62,064 nt of DNA, filler included, from Dimargaris cristalligena (GCA_003614675.1; 18 parts of 18 records of this genome joined end to end with filler, not necessarily neighbours in it), one strand, 5' to 3'. Numbered from the whole stretch's first letter, positions 35,891 to 48,443 are shown. A program made the numbers and translations. The notes: generated from the letters alone by a model not told the origin.

Positions 35891-37222
35891 TGTTGCCAGG
35901 GTTAACTACTCTTAGTCCATTAAGAGTCCCGGGGATAGGCTTCTAGCAGTAGGTGGGGCTTAGGCTTGGCTAAGCAGGCTACTAGGGTTAGGGAGGGATT
36001 AGTACTAACTAATAAAGGATGAGTGCAGGCTAATACAATGGTTGAGGGTATATAAAGTTTATAGGATAAACTGAGGGGGATAAGAAATAAGCTGAGGAAC
36101 TGAACCAGTCCCAAAGGGGCCTGGTTATTTATATGTGGGGACTGCTCATAATGAGGGGTCCTTAAGGGAAATGGGATGACTAAAGAAGAGGTGAGGGTTA
36201 GGGCCTCAACTGGGGGGCTTGTGTCTGGACAACTCCACTAAGAAAGGAGGAACATTGGATCAGCCAGTGGAGTATTGCGTGAGAAGCATTGGGGCCTGGT
36301 CATAGTGGGTTATATAGCAAGGGAAAAGTAATATGGTGCAATAAGGCAAGATTGGATGGGACAATCAGTATTTAGGGAGGATTAGGTGGGCCAACAATAA
36401 GAATATAAAAAAAAAGTAGACTAGTGTTTATCAATGCATAGACTGTGGTCCTAATAACTCCCAATAATGACTCAGAAAAGCCAAAAAAAAACTGTACTAT
36501 ATAAATTGATGTCCAGCAATTGGAGTAGCAGCAAATTAGCTTTCTTTAACTACTTTCTACTATTTTTCAATATGTTTAAACTATTTTCTACAACTTTTTA
36601 AAGGATTATTCTTATACTAAATTAAATTACAATAAAATTGTCTCCTGGGTCAACCACTCTTAGTCCATTAAGAGTCCTAAGGATAGGCTTCTAACAGTAG
36701 GTGGGGCTTATACTTGGCCAAGTGGGCTACTAGTATTAGGATAGGGTGTAGTACTAACCAATAAAGGATAAGTGCAGATAAATGCAAGGGGTATGCAGTA
36801 GGCACACTTACTAGTTAATATAAGGGGGAATGAGCATATATAGAGTTTATTGGGGTAAACTAGGGGGTAATAATAAGCTAAGGGATCAAACTGGTCCCAG
36901 TGGGGCCCAGTTATATATACGTGGGGACAGCTCCAGAGGGAGGTCCCAAGGGAAATACTACTAAGACTAAGGTATAGGTAGATAAAGAATCTGACTAGAT
37001 AGCTTCATATCTGGAAGACTCTCATGGGAACCAGAAGAGTCTTGGATTAGCAGGTTGAGTATTTTAGTACAAAGTACTGGGGCTGGAAGGAGAAAGGTTA
37101 TATAATGAATGATGACCCCATAGTACTGGGGGCGACTATAGAAGGGTTAATATGGCACTATAAGTCATAATAAGGACAGATAATCATAAAGTCTAGATTA
37201 AGTCAAATTAGGAGAGCCAACA
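35891..37222 (-). repeat. Two old LTR family D copies (35891-~36396 and 36639-37222)
   Basis: TG...CCAACA ends, homology to 27455 and 60862, CpG-depleted. Confidence 0.8.
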
Positions 37223-37323
37223 GTGATATTTACTTTATCTAATAGATTTATCATTATATAGCCTAGTTAACCTTTTCCCATTTATTTTGTTTAAGCTATC
37301 CCCAATTAGTCTCTCCATAAGAG

Positions 37324-37545
37324 TGTTAAAGAATATGTTCCTATATATTCTTTATCCTATCCTATTTTATCTAGTTATGTTAGTTTATTCTGCTATCATG
37401 AGATTATTTATATTAGCCACTTATATTTCACCCTATTGAAAATACAGTTCAATAAAACAAACCTCTTAGAGGCACCTACCATCTTCTAGCTGCTTTCTTC
37501 CCTTACTTCCAGTTTTATTTCCTTTAAGTCCTTAGTATTCCAACA
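37324..37545 (+). repeat. Copia-type LTR without internal sequence
   Basis: TGTT...AACA, homologous over its length to 46800-47022. Confidence 0.85.
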
Positions 37546-37560
37546 CCTGATACTACCACT

Positions 37561-38018
37561 GTGACATCATCCTTAACAACATGTCCTCATATTGAGGAAA
37601 CTATGTGTCACTCCATTTGGTGGCTAGACTGGTGTATCAAGGCCCACTACTTCCCCAATTGACAGAATTTGTTTCCTATTATCCAGGGCAGACTTGACCC
37701 CAATTTACATTAGGTGTGTCTGGCCAAAATGATCCAGCAGGACACACTGGACTATGCTATTGGTGGTCTGAGTAGTGGTGAAGAGAAGGATCAGTTCTGG
37801 TAGGTGGTTACTCAGTGCACCAACCATTTTCCCAATGCAAAACCCCACTACTGTATGGGGGTGGGCTATTCTGAAAATTTGGTGGTGTGCTCAGCCCTGG
37901 GGGTCAACATGTATGATTGTGTATTCCACACCTGCACCGCCCGGTTCGGCCACGCCCTTACCTGGGACGGTGGCCTTACGATCAAGATCAACAAATACCG
38001 CCGGGATTACCGACCGCT
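37561..38018 (+). pseudogene. QTRT1: Queuine tRNA-ribosyltransferase catalytic subunit (TGT/QTRT1) fragment with in-frame stops
   Basis: In frame: ..EETM.HSIWWLD..QNLFPIIQG..YAIGGLSSGEEKDQFW*VV..KPHYCMGVGY..LVVCSALGVNMYDCVF.TCTARFGHAL. Three stops. Confidence 0.88.
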
Positions 38019-38118
38019 NNNNNNNNNNNNNNNNNNNNNNNNNNNNNNNNNNNNNNNNNNNNTTAATTAATTAANNNNNNNNNNNNNNNNNNNNNNNNNN
38101 NNNNNNNNNNNNNNNNNN

Positions 38119-41100
38119 CGTGTGTAGGCCCGCCGATTTCGTTATCTTACATGGGAATTGCAAACGTGACCCCGAGCATGGTTTTGAATCCGTGTGTACT
38201 GTCCTTTGTGACAATTCACCCTTGATTATTCCAGGGAATCATCACATGAAAGGTTTTCGAGAAAATACCTTTAAAGTAATCGTACATCCCTTAATCTTGA
38301 AAAGGAACTTGTGAGGGTGAGGTCGCAAATAGCCAGGGTTTTCCGAGTCTGTAATTGTTGATTCGACTTTATTGATTTATTCAATACCATTTAAGAAGAA
38401 ATAAATACATGTAAATATTCTTTTCCCGATCTGATCATCATGACCCTGCCTTCCCGAAAGGGGCAGGGTATCCGTCATGGACCCCGTTTTCGTGAATTGC
38501 ATCTCCAAAGGAGCGGTGTTTTATCACCAAGCATCCCGTTTAGGCCCCGTTACTCTCAACCCGACAGGGTCACGCCGGATCCACCCGGAACCCCGGGTTC
38601 TAGTACTATAGAAGTGAAGCTGGCGAATGAAGGCCTAACGAGGCCGCATTCTGCTTTTTTTTTAAAAAAAAAATTCGTCTGATTTATTAAATGCCATGAA
38701 TATTTTTTAAACCAAAGACGAATACCTGCCTTGGCCGAGTACATATATTGCTGCTTTCGTTTGGGGATATTCCCTCCCTCTTCTCCCTTGGAATTTTTGT
38801 GAGCGACGAGTATTTAAGTTTGCCAAGACCTAACCTTTGTAATCAAATATAATGAACTGGGAATGAATCAATCGCCCCATACTATAGATGTGAATTGAAG
38901 CGGATATTGAATTACCGTGTGGGCTTAATCGTAGTTCTGGTTCGGACTCAATCATTAACCTCAAATTCACCTTCGCTAGTCCACTAGTGAACGCCGTTTT
39001 AGTCTATCAAATCAGCAACATAATTGATATGTGTAGCTGAAGCAGACCATGGTACTGGCATGGTGCTCCACCACAACCTTATGGGGGCCCCTCATGATTG
39101 ACAGCCCAAACAAATGATTAGGATATTCTTGCTGCACACCCTCGTTTCTCCATGCTATTGTAGGATTCTATTCTATGTATAGGCACATGACCTTCACCTA
39201 AGCGTTGAATCGATTTACTGTCCTGCACTTAAAGCCATATTCGAACTTTCCCCTAACATCGCTATACTCCCAGGTTTTCTATAATTATATATTCATATGT
39301 ATTCTATACGAGTCTCTGAGAAAGTATTTCAAGCTGAACGTGGCGTAGTGTGTTTCCTCATATCGAGAAACATGGCCTGACAGGTATATTATTATGTCCT
39401 GGTTCTGACTAATTACGTTAGTTTATTTAGTTATTTTTTTCCTATAATTTTAACTACGTATAGTGTCCCCTGCCAACTACGCTATCCAGTAGAACTGATA
39501 TACTAGATGCCCGTTGTCCTCTACCTAATCTATTATCTTCTGTATAGTTTTTTGAATACGAATTTAGTATCACCAACACCCTCCAGATGCCATAGGTGTA
39601 ATACTTGTGCGACTGTTTGTGAGCTTCTCTGTTAACTATTGGACAAACCCAGGTATTCCATTCAAGTCAATGGAAAAGGACAACGGAATACCCGACTAGC
39701 TACATTTTTTGCATTGCCAATGCAAGCTTTGCAACATATTGGTAAGGGGACGAGGGCGGTTGCTACCGGAGGGATCGGCGGTATTTTCAATAATGTGGAA
39801 AATTTCATACTTAAAAATAAAAGGCTGATGATTCGTTTCGAGAATTTGCATCGTGAAACCCTGCATCATGGATATAATACCAATCAAAAACTGTAAAGAT
39901 ATCACACCAATATACCCATATTATTATTTTGGCGAATCCCTGTATAGTGAAATGTATTGCTAATTGGGAGCATAGTAAAGTTCATGGCGATAGTTTACCG
40001 ATTCTAAGCATTTTGGGGTTTTTTGACTATAAAATTAGTATACTTAAAAAAATAGCCATGTCGCTTCTTTAAAAAAAAATGAGGTTTCAGCCTCGCCTAT
40101 TTGTTGGTGCAAAAGAAGTTGAAGGTACCAACACGGTATTTATAACATCACTAAACAATAAAAACATTGAATACAATGTAACATTATCCCAATGAATAGC
40201 TTGAAGCGCAGTCTAAATATATAGTATTGTAATGCAATGATGCTGGGGATCGTGACATCAATTTACTGACAGCCAGGAAATAACAATACCGGGTGGCAGG
40301 ACCATCCGGTATATATTACTATATTTTGTGCTAAGGACCATGTCTAGAGAAGGGTCTAATAAACATGGAAAATACACCATCAGTGTTAGTTTTAAACGCT
40401 TTGATTGTTGGCTTATTATCCTCCCTCTTCTAGTCCGAGCCACCAGTTACACTTTATCGTTATAAGAATTCGCTATACTCAAGGGAATATACATAGCAGA
40501 AGATATGGTAAATTCCATGTAAGGCCAATGTCATTTGGCTTCCCAAAAATGAAACAATGGTGGAGTTACGTATTCGCCTATCTCGTTACCCCCAACAATT
40601 AAACATTACCCCTTCCACTCCCCTCGTTTGCTTATTATTTTCAATATACCCCAGACCCGCCTCGTTGTCAATCTCCTCAGTGGCTGTATTTTCCTGACAC
40701 CCATGGAATAAACAGAGACTTAGATCTTCCCAGATAAAAAGATTTTACTTACCATGATTGAAAACGGAAGAAGGGAGGTAGTTGCGTCATGGCAGACGAG
40801 GTGAAATAATCGATTATAAGAGGGCACTTTTATTTCAAAACTGTTATTGAAATAGAAAAAAAACATTAAATGTATTGGGAATACTAATGGTGCATCAATA
40901 TAACTGGGCGAGAGGGAAAAGGGCAGCTAGAAGAGGAGGGCGGGATCCTCTAGGTGGTTGTTTTTATTGAATATTAATATAGTGCTGAGACTTGGGGATC
41001 CAGGCGTATTCCTACCGGGTTGAGGGGAACTCGACCTGGGTGGAGCGCTCAGTGACGAAAGACCATTCTTTCGGAGATGCTGGCCACAATAACAGGGACG

Positions 41101-41469
41101 ACGCCGATGACGGAGACACCGTCTCTTTCGGGAAGGCAGGGTGGTGACAGGAGGATTGGGAAACAAGGACTTTTAACGATAATTAATTTGCCCATAAATG
41201 AGATTAAATATATCGATAAAGTCAATTAATAAATTATGGACTCGGGAACTCTGGTCATTTGCGAATTCGCCCGCATATTTTTTTAAAAAAAAGTTGACGG
41301 ATGTGTGATTACTTTGAAGATATTTACTTGATATATATATATATAATGATTTCTTTGAATTATCAGATGCGAATGGCTATACCGGACAAAATACACAGAT
41401 TCAAAACCATGCTCGGGGTCACGTTTGCAATTTCCATGTAAGATAACGAAATCGGCGGGCCTACACACG
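38119..41469 (-). mobile_element. Long-TIR DNA transposon relic (Mutator/MULE-like)
   Basis: The contig ends are reverse complements (first ~70 bp near-identical, similarity continuing to ~490 bp). Decayed SWIM-like remnant near 39590-39730 on the minus strand. Confidence 0.65.
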
Positions 41470-41735
41470 NNNNNNNNNNNNNNNNNNNNNNNNNNNNNNN
41501 NNNNNNNNNNNNNTTAATTAATTAANNNNNNNNNNNNNNNNNNNNNNNNNNNNNNNNNNNNNNNNNNNNCGGAAAATTTTTTCTTTCCCCTCTATTAACA
41601 TAATGAGTTTTTTAAAAACGAATTAGTCTGCTCTAAGCCTCCAACTCCACCATTACTTACTCACTTCATTGCGACCTTCCGGCCCTACCCCCCACCTCCC
41701 TTCGCATTCCCCGTCCCCTCACACAGCCCTTTTCC

Positions 41736-43036
41736 ATGATCCACTCCGGCCCGTCTTCGTCCTCGACTATTAAATGGCGCACTCTTCTGGCCATTAATAC
41801 TGGTCGGCTCGAAGGTGAGCCAGCAACTACCCTCCCGCTTAGTCTATACGATCTGCAGGCCCTTTTCCCCGACGAAACCTCTCTTCCTGCCGTTATAAGC
41901 GATTTGGAAGTGGAAGAACTTGCGTAAGTTATACCGCTTTGTTCAGCCATCCATATTACCTATCCTAGGCGTATATCTCTATTGAGTCGTCAAGCATTCC
42001 CCTATTATTAACCGGCCCCCTCACCTTTAAACATATTATCTGCTAAAATATGGCCATACAGACAAACCCAAGCAGTTCCGGTTGGCAAGCATACAGTTCA
42101 GCTATATTGGACTACTAAGAAAGGTAATGTACTTTACACTACCATTAATACTGCACAGGTCCCGGCTATCTACTGACCTACTTAATGCTGGCCTTCCTCA
42201 TATATTCACGCATACGTATAGTCCCACCCTACCCCTCTTTTTGCTACAGCCCGCGAACAAATCTCTAAGCTTCAGTCGATGGAGGTAAGCAGTCACTTCT
42301 ATTTCAGCAATTCCTATATAATTCGACGACTAACTTTTTCCAGTCGGGTATTCCCGCAGAGTCAAGACCATCCCACGAGAGCTAGCGCTAAGTAGCTAAT
42401 AGAGATTATTCGGATTTATACACCATTACAACCCCTATCTAGGTGAAGACGCAGAAAGAAATCACTGTTATTGAAAACCAGGTCCAGGCCGCTCAAAGGC
42501 GTCTTGATGGTGAACAAACAACGGGGTAAGTATTTCTCTTGGCAAACCCTATGTAAATATTTATAGATGGATAGATAAAGTACTACCTTATATCACATAC
42601 TCGGGTGGTGCCAAGGATACTATCCGCAAGACTTCACACAAAGGCGCCATTTGGAAATGATTTGGCCGACTAACTTGTGCATTTTCTTCTTTTTGGTCAC
42701 CAAATAACAGGGGTGTCGGTAATCTTGACGCCAATGAATACATCCAACAACTTCATGATTATAATGAGATCAAGGATATTGGCCAAATAGTAATTGGCAA
42801 GGTAATTGATCCATTATTTAATATGAACTGTCCCATTTATTCGACTGGCTACTATTGGCGAAGACGTGGGACAGCATCGAGCATATCACCATTCAGATCC
42901 CAGGACAGATCTTTAGTGATCATACACATATATCTAACCATGTAACCTCAACTAATTCCATTACCAGGTGGCCGTGGTCGATGGTACAACCACCCGAGAA
43001 ACCTACAAGAAATTCGGGCTCCATGTGGATGATTAG
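41736..43036 (+). CDS. SWI5: DNA repair/recombination protein Swi5/Sae3 with N-terminal extension; 6 exons (41736-41923, 42062-42123, 42250-42284, 42443-42525, 42711-42801, 42968-43036), 175 aa
   Basis: C-terminal signature YIQQLHDYNEIKDIGQIVIGKVAVVDGTTTRETYKKFGLHVDD. All five GT-AG introns join in phase. Confidence 0.85.
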
Positions 43037-43059
43037 CCGGTGACATTGGGTATACTAGC

Positions 43060-44141
43060 TTAAAGCCTGGAGTCCAGGCCGAGGAAAGCTGCCAGATTAC
43101 GCTCGTCTTGACAGTCATCCTCGACCAACGCTTCCTTCGTCAACCCATCCTACCATAGAAGTAATTCCAAGCGGTCCCCCATAGGTACCAATATACCCAG
43201 CGGTCCGATATATTTGAAGTTAGTGTCGGGATGGGGGGGGAGTATGAAAAAAGGTGAAGTACAAGTTAATAATCAGTGGTAAGGGACCACAAACCCCCGG
43301 ATATTGGCTGTGATTACTAGCCTTGGAATTCCACATGTACATTATTTAATTGACCAACACATATAAGTCAGTGGCACTTACAGGGTTGGCACATTTCACC
43401 AGTGTCGGAATGGCCCGAATGTTCAGTTTGTCAGACGACCAGTAGGTTGTGGCGCCACTGGGGGGTGATTCATTGGTTTTTCGTAAATAGCAATTCCACT
43501 GACAGGATTTAGCATGTTAATACGCTGGTCTTTTAAACAAAATAATAAATCATACTATTATCGCAATGTCCCTCTAATAATGAACTAGTCGTTACACCTA
43601 CCCAGTTTTACGGTCTACAGGGTATTCAATCAGTACTGAGTTATCCAGGCGACTGACTTGCTTGCGAATATGAGGCTCCGCTACCATGCGCATTAAGAGG
43701 TACAATTAAAAGTAGGTTAGGTGAGAGCGATCCTACGGAGTACCATGTCCCTATTTAGGAGAATTACTGGGCAGCCGCCCTCCAATTCCAATGCAACCCC
43801 CTATTCAACTTATAAACATAATACTTAACTATGTAATAAATAGTACGTGCCCCCATTATTTTCCCGCTGGCAAACATTGTGGTGGTATTTTAAGTGCAAC
43901 TCCCTACAACACTTGGTTACTAGCCGACCAAGTAGGACTATAGGCATCCCCGATATATCTATACATAATGAAATATTAAGGTATAGGGCCACCTACCAAT
44001 GACACAGTCGGGGCACCAGGAGTTACCGGTGTTTGGCACTTCACGGCCAAAGAACAGCACAAACACATGTGCGGATGCTGCTAAGGCCTTTTCCACTTGT
44101 GAATGCAGTTCGTCGGGTGTTTGAATACGAATGGACCGCAT
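43060..44141 (-). CDS. TXNDC17: Thioredoxin domain-containing protein 17 (TRP14/DUF953), 4 exons
   Basis: FVLFFG...SWCPDCVI|AEPHI...LIEYPV...KLNIRAIPTLVK...LVEDDCQDERNLAAF. Confidence 0.88.
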
Positions 44142-46799
44142 AGTGGCAGGGGAATGTCGGTGCCAAGAGGTTGGTAGGGGAAGGGGACTGACAAGTGTAG
44201 GCTTGAGATAAAAACCTGAAGGGGGGAATGAGTAGAGGTGGTATTACGGTCCAAGTTAAATGGAAAAGGTAGTCAGAAGTTGGTGTGTTAGGCACGCTAC
44301 ACTATGGCTATTGCCAAGTTTATGCCGGAAAAGTTGGCACAGCGGGGAATGCCTCCCTGCCTAGTTGGGTTTAGTCAGCAGGAGGGGGAGGGGGGATTTC
44401 GTCAGGTGGGAAGAAAGCTGTCATCCAACTTTCCTGATATGGTGTCATTTACATTTTATTATGATTATGCTAAACCAGTTTTCCCTATTCTTTCCAATTA
44501 ATATGCCTTTAAAGTTGAAGAACCAGGTGATTTCGATAATATTTACAATACCATTATATGCCAGTAATATATATTGAATGCAAAAGGTAGATACAGTTAT
44601 TAATGGCGCTGGCAAAGATCAGTAAGTATAATAGGGCTATTCCGTAAGGTTGCGCTAAATGGTGGGATATGTATGTGTTATAAACCGTTGTACGAATGGA
44701 CCTAACCGGTGCATAAAACTCCCCAAAAATCAACCACAAACAGCCAACCATTACATTGGTATAGTATAATAAGATTTTACTACATTATATTTTTTCAGTT
44801 GTGGCCATGTCAGGATATGCTCCGTATCCCGTTAGATCTGCGAAGATAAGCCCCGATCAGTTGATTTAGTACTGAGTTGTGTGACCACTTGGGAATAGTC
44901 AATGCAACANNNNNNNNNNNNNNNNNNNNNNNNNNNNNNNNNNNNNNNNNNNNTTAATTAATTAANNNNNNNNNNNNNNNNNNNNNNNNNNNNNNNNNNN
45001 NNNNNNNNNGTCCAAGTTCGTCTCGTCTATTCCTTTGACCCTGTGCCTGCTCTCTTGCTATTAGCCCGCCGCTGGAGAAATTGCGCCGGCTGGGGCGAGA
45101 TTGAAATGGGTACTACCCAACGGAGGAGTCATTCCTCACAAGGATACGTTGAAAGCACATATATATAGCTAATGATATAGACAGAGGTTTAATATGGCCT
45201 AATACAGCATGGGGACATAAAACTAGCCCCGTGAATTTTTTGGGAATGGGATGGCAGGCTTCGGTCTGCTTAATCCTTTATTCTGTGCTACCCCAAAAAC
45301 CTAGCTAGCAACTTTAAGTAGCAGTTGGTGTATATTTTCAATCGAATATATAGAATCTGGCTCGTATCATGTGCATGGCAGGTTCATTAGGGCATTGGCC
45401 CGGGGGCGGTTTGCGTAAGATTGGGGCCGTTTAAAATATACATAGCCAGATAAGAGATATAGGCCATTTGAATCGCCTATTGGCTGACACATATGCAACA
45501 ATATTTTTCCGGCACCGCTTTTCCTATTGCCCATCGGCTTTTAGGGTCAGTGAAACCAGACTAAATTGTTTACGTTTTACCCACTGGAATGGCCCTGGTC
45601 ATGTTGGCTAGGCGTTTATTAAATTTGAATGAGTCCTGATTTTCCAATAAATTCTTCTCTGAGCAACTGAACTACGTACCTTTCTTATAACTAGTACTTA
45701 GTTTCAGACCCAGCTATCTAAAGTTAGGCTGATAAACAGAACTATCTCTTATGATATCAATCAAGAGCTATCATAGTTTATGTAATTGAGCCAATTGTGT
45801 GCCTATTACATTGACTGGTTCTTTGAAATAGCCCAACCTTATCTGCATAATTGCCTCCCCTCCCCATATTCACTTCAGCCTACCAGGTTAAATACATAGT
45901 GGTATCTAGCATGTCATTATTGATTAATAATAGTTAAAATTATATCCTACTCATAGTTCACCCATCAGTTTTATAGGCAGCTTATTTTTATTCTATCAAC
46001 ATCTATTGCAACTGTTTGTTATTGTGCTGGTGATTTGAGGTACCTCCATTCCACAATCAGAGCTGGGGTTGGATGTCCCACTCCCTTCTGGACTGGAAGG
46101 TTCACCAGATGTTGGTTTCAAGGGGCCAGTGCCTGGATGTAACATGGAGAACTCGGGAAATGGTCCTTCAGCTAGTCGGATCAGCTTGGAGCTGTTATTG
46201 GAGGTCGAACTGGGGTATAGTGCAAAATATTCCACATGAAAAGGTCCTAAACTCCCATCATCAGAGTTAGGTACTGGAGGAGCCATGGTGGCTACATGTT
46301 GAAAATAAGATAATAAAATTAAGAGAAATAAAAAGCTGACTTATGGTTGAAGTCCTCAGCTGATGCTGGGTAAAATGCTGGGTGAAGTTATAATAGATAT
46401 TAATTCCAAATAATAAAAACTTATCTCAAAGATAACTTGCCATTTTTAAGGGCCAGCTGGGTGACTATAAATAAGAAAATTTGATGTTACAGCCTTAAGA
46501 CTATACTATGACTTTTTTGGATGCCATCCTCAAATGAACTGAAAACTATAAAACCATAAAGGGATAAAACTGGTTGGGTCCTTAGGTTTAAACAATGTAC
46601 AAAAAAAAGAAAGGAAATATGGAAAATGGAAAACAGAAAACAGAAAACAGAAAATGAAAGTGCCTCAGATCCTCTGGGGTATTCATAGAAATAAGATATA
46701 AATAAGGAAAACTTGGATGCCACTCCCTTATTCTAATGTGAAGGCTATTCCCACTGACTTATCTGTAATTATGTAGCTGACAAGATTAGAAGTAGTTAG

Positions 46800-48090
46800 T
46801 GTCGAAGAATATGTTCCTACATGTTCTTTATTCTATCCTATTTTTACCCAATTACATTAGTTTATTCTACTATTATGAGATTATTCATATTAGCTAATTA
46901 TATTTCACTCTACAGAAATTACAACTTAATAAAACTAACCACCTAGAGGTACCTACTGTCCTCTAGTTGCTTTCTTCCCTTACTTCCAGTTTTATTTCCT
47001 TTAAGTCCTTAGTATTCCAACAGGTTATGAGCCCTGCTTATGCACATTTATCCTTTTACCTTTGAAATAATCATGCATGCACGCATTGACCGCTTGCATA
47101 TCCATGTAGAATAGTGTGTTAGTCCTTATCGATTGCATATTTGTGCCTTTGCAGCTAGCACAAACTTTTATTTTACTTTACTTTATTTTTATCTATTGAC
47201 TCCATCTATCTCTTTTACATATCTACAGATACTTTTAAGTCTTTTCCTATATTCATCCATCTAGTTTTTGGTATTTTCATCCATCCTACCACTAGTGGAT
47301 TCCCTTTAAACCCTTTAAAAACCATTAAAAACCATTAAAAACTATCCATCCATCCAACGATTGGCTAATTCTTTACAATGAATCTCCCCCCTCTTCCTAC
47401 CTTTACTGGTACCAACTATGATGACTGGAGCATCCAAATGCAAAGTCACCTTGACTTGGATGACCTCTGGGAAGTTGCTGAAGCCCCCTTTTCAACCCTC
47501 ATTATCACTACTGAAGATGAGAAGGTCAAGTTCGATTCCACTAAGTTCTGACATAAGAAAGACCACCTGGCCAAGCTGAAGATCTAAGCCTCTGCCACTG
47601 CTGACATGCTTCCAACCATCAGGTCCTGCCCATCTGTGAATGCAATGTGGAGTACCCTGGCCAGTGCTTTTAACTCAAATAAGGCCTCACATGCCCTGGA
47701 GCTCTACCAACAACTTTTCAACTTACGTCAGGATAATGAGACCCCAATCCAGATGGCCAACAAGGTGTGGTAACTCTACGGCAAAACTGAGAGCCTCCAG
47801 CTAGGCAAGGAAACAATCTGCTCCCTGATCCTTATTAACTCCATGAGACAGGACCAGTTTGCAACCCAAATTGCAATTTTCAACTCAACTGAAATCTCCA
47901 ATCTGAAGTTTTCCAATGTCAGGGATAGTCTTTACAGAGATTATTTACACCAAGAACAAGCCCCCCTTATGTCTGGTTCCTCTGCCCTTGTAGCCAGTTC
48001 CAAAAAACCTGTGACCCCTAAAAAGGTCAAAGGGAAAAAGGGGAAACCCTCTGGCAAGTACTGTGACTATTGTGTTGCCAATAATTTGAG
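46800..48090 (+). mobile_element. Ty1/Copia 5' relic: LTR 46800-47022, PBS 47023-47034, gag pseudogene from 47378
   Basis: TGTC...AACA followed by GGTTATGAGCCC (Copia-type PBS). MNLPPLPTFTGTNYDDWSIQMQSHLDLDDLWE... with premature stops, ending at YCDYC. Confidence 0.9.
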
Positions 48091-48282
48091 GGACTCCGCT
48101 GGCGTGCCTTTGGGAGAGTTGACAGGAGGGGGAACCTCTGGTTTCTTTCTGCTAGACGGCTCGCCGTATTTCGTCATATAGTGTGGAACCTTGGGCTTTG
48201 CCGGGTTTGGGGGGGTCGAGACCAAGGTGGCCTTGGGGAAGTCACCACTGAGTTTTGGGTTGTCCATTGTATTGTATGTTGT

Positions 48283-48343
48283 TGTAAAGAACTGAAATCA
48301 AATCCTTGAAAACTGAACTTTATTTGAAAAGATAGATAATAAA
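48283..48343 (-). repeat. LTR family B 3' end
   Basis: Matches 17208-17269. Confidence 0.8.
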
Positions 48344-48443
48344 NNNNNNNNNNNNNNNNNNNNNNNNNNNNNNNNNNNNNNNNNNNNTTAATTAATTAAN
48401 NNNNNNNNNNNNNNNNNNNNNNNNNNNNNNNNNNNNNNNNNNN

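Noticed and set aside
35891-37545. Clean solo-LTR insertions with TSDs
   Set aside because: The flanking 5-mers do not match, so they are reported only as LTR copies.
45996-46286. 96-aa Pro/Ser-rich ORF
   Set aside because: No recognisable motif and a CpG-depleted context; it cannot be supported as a gene.
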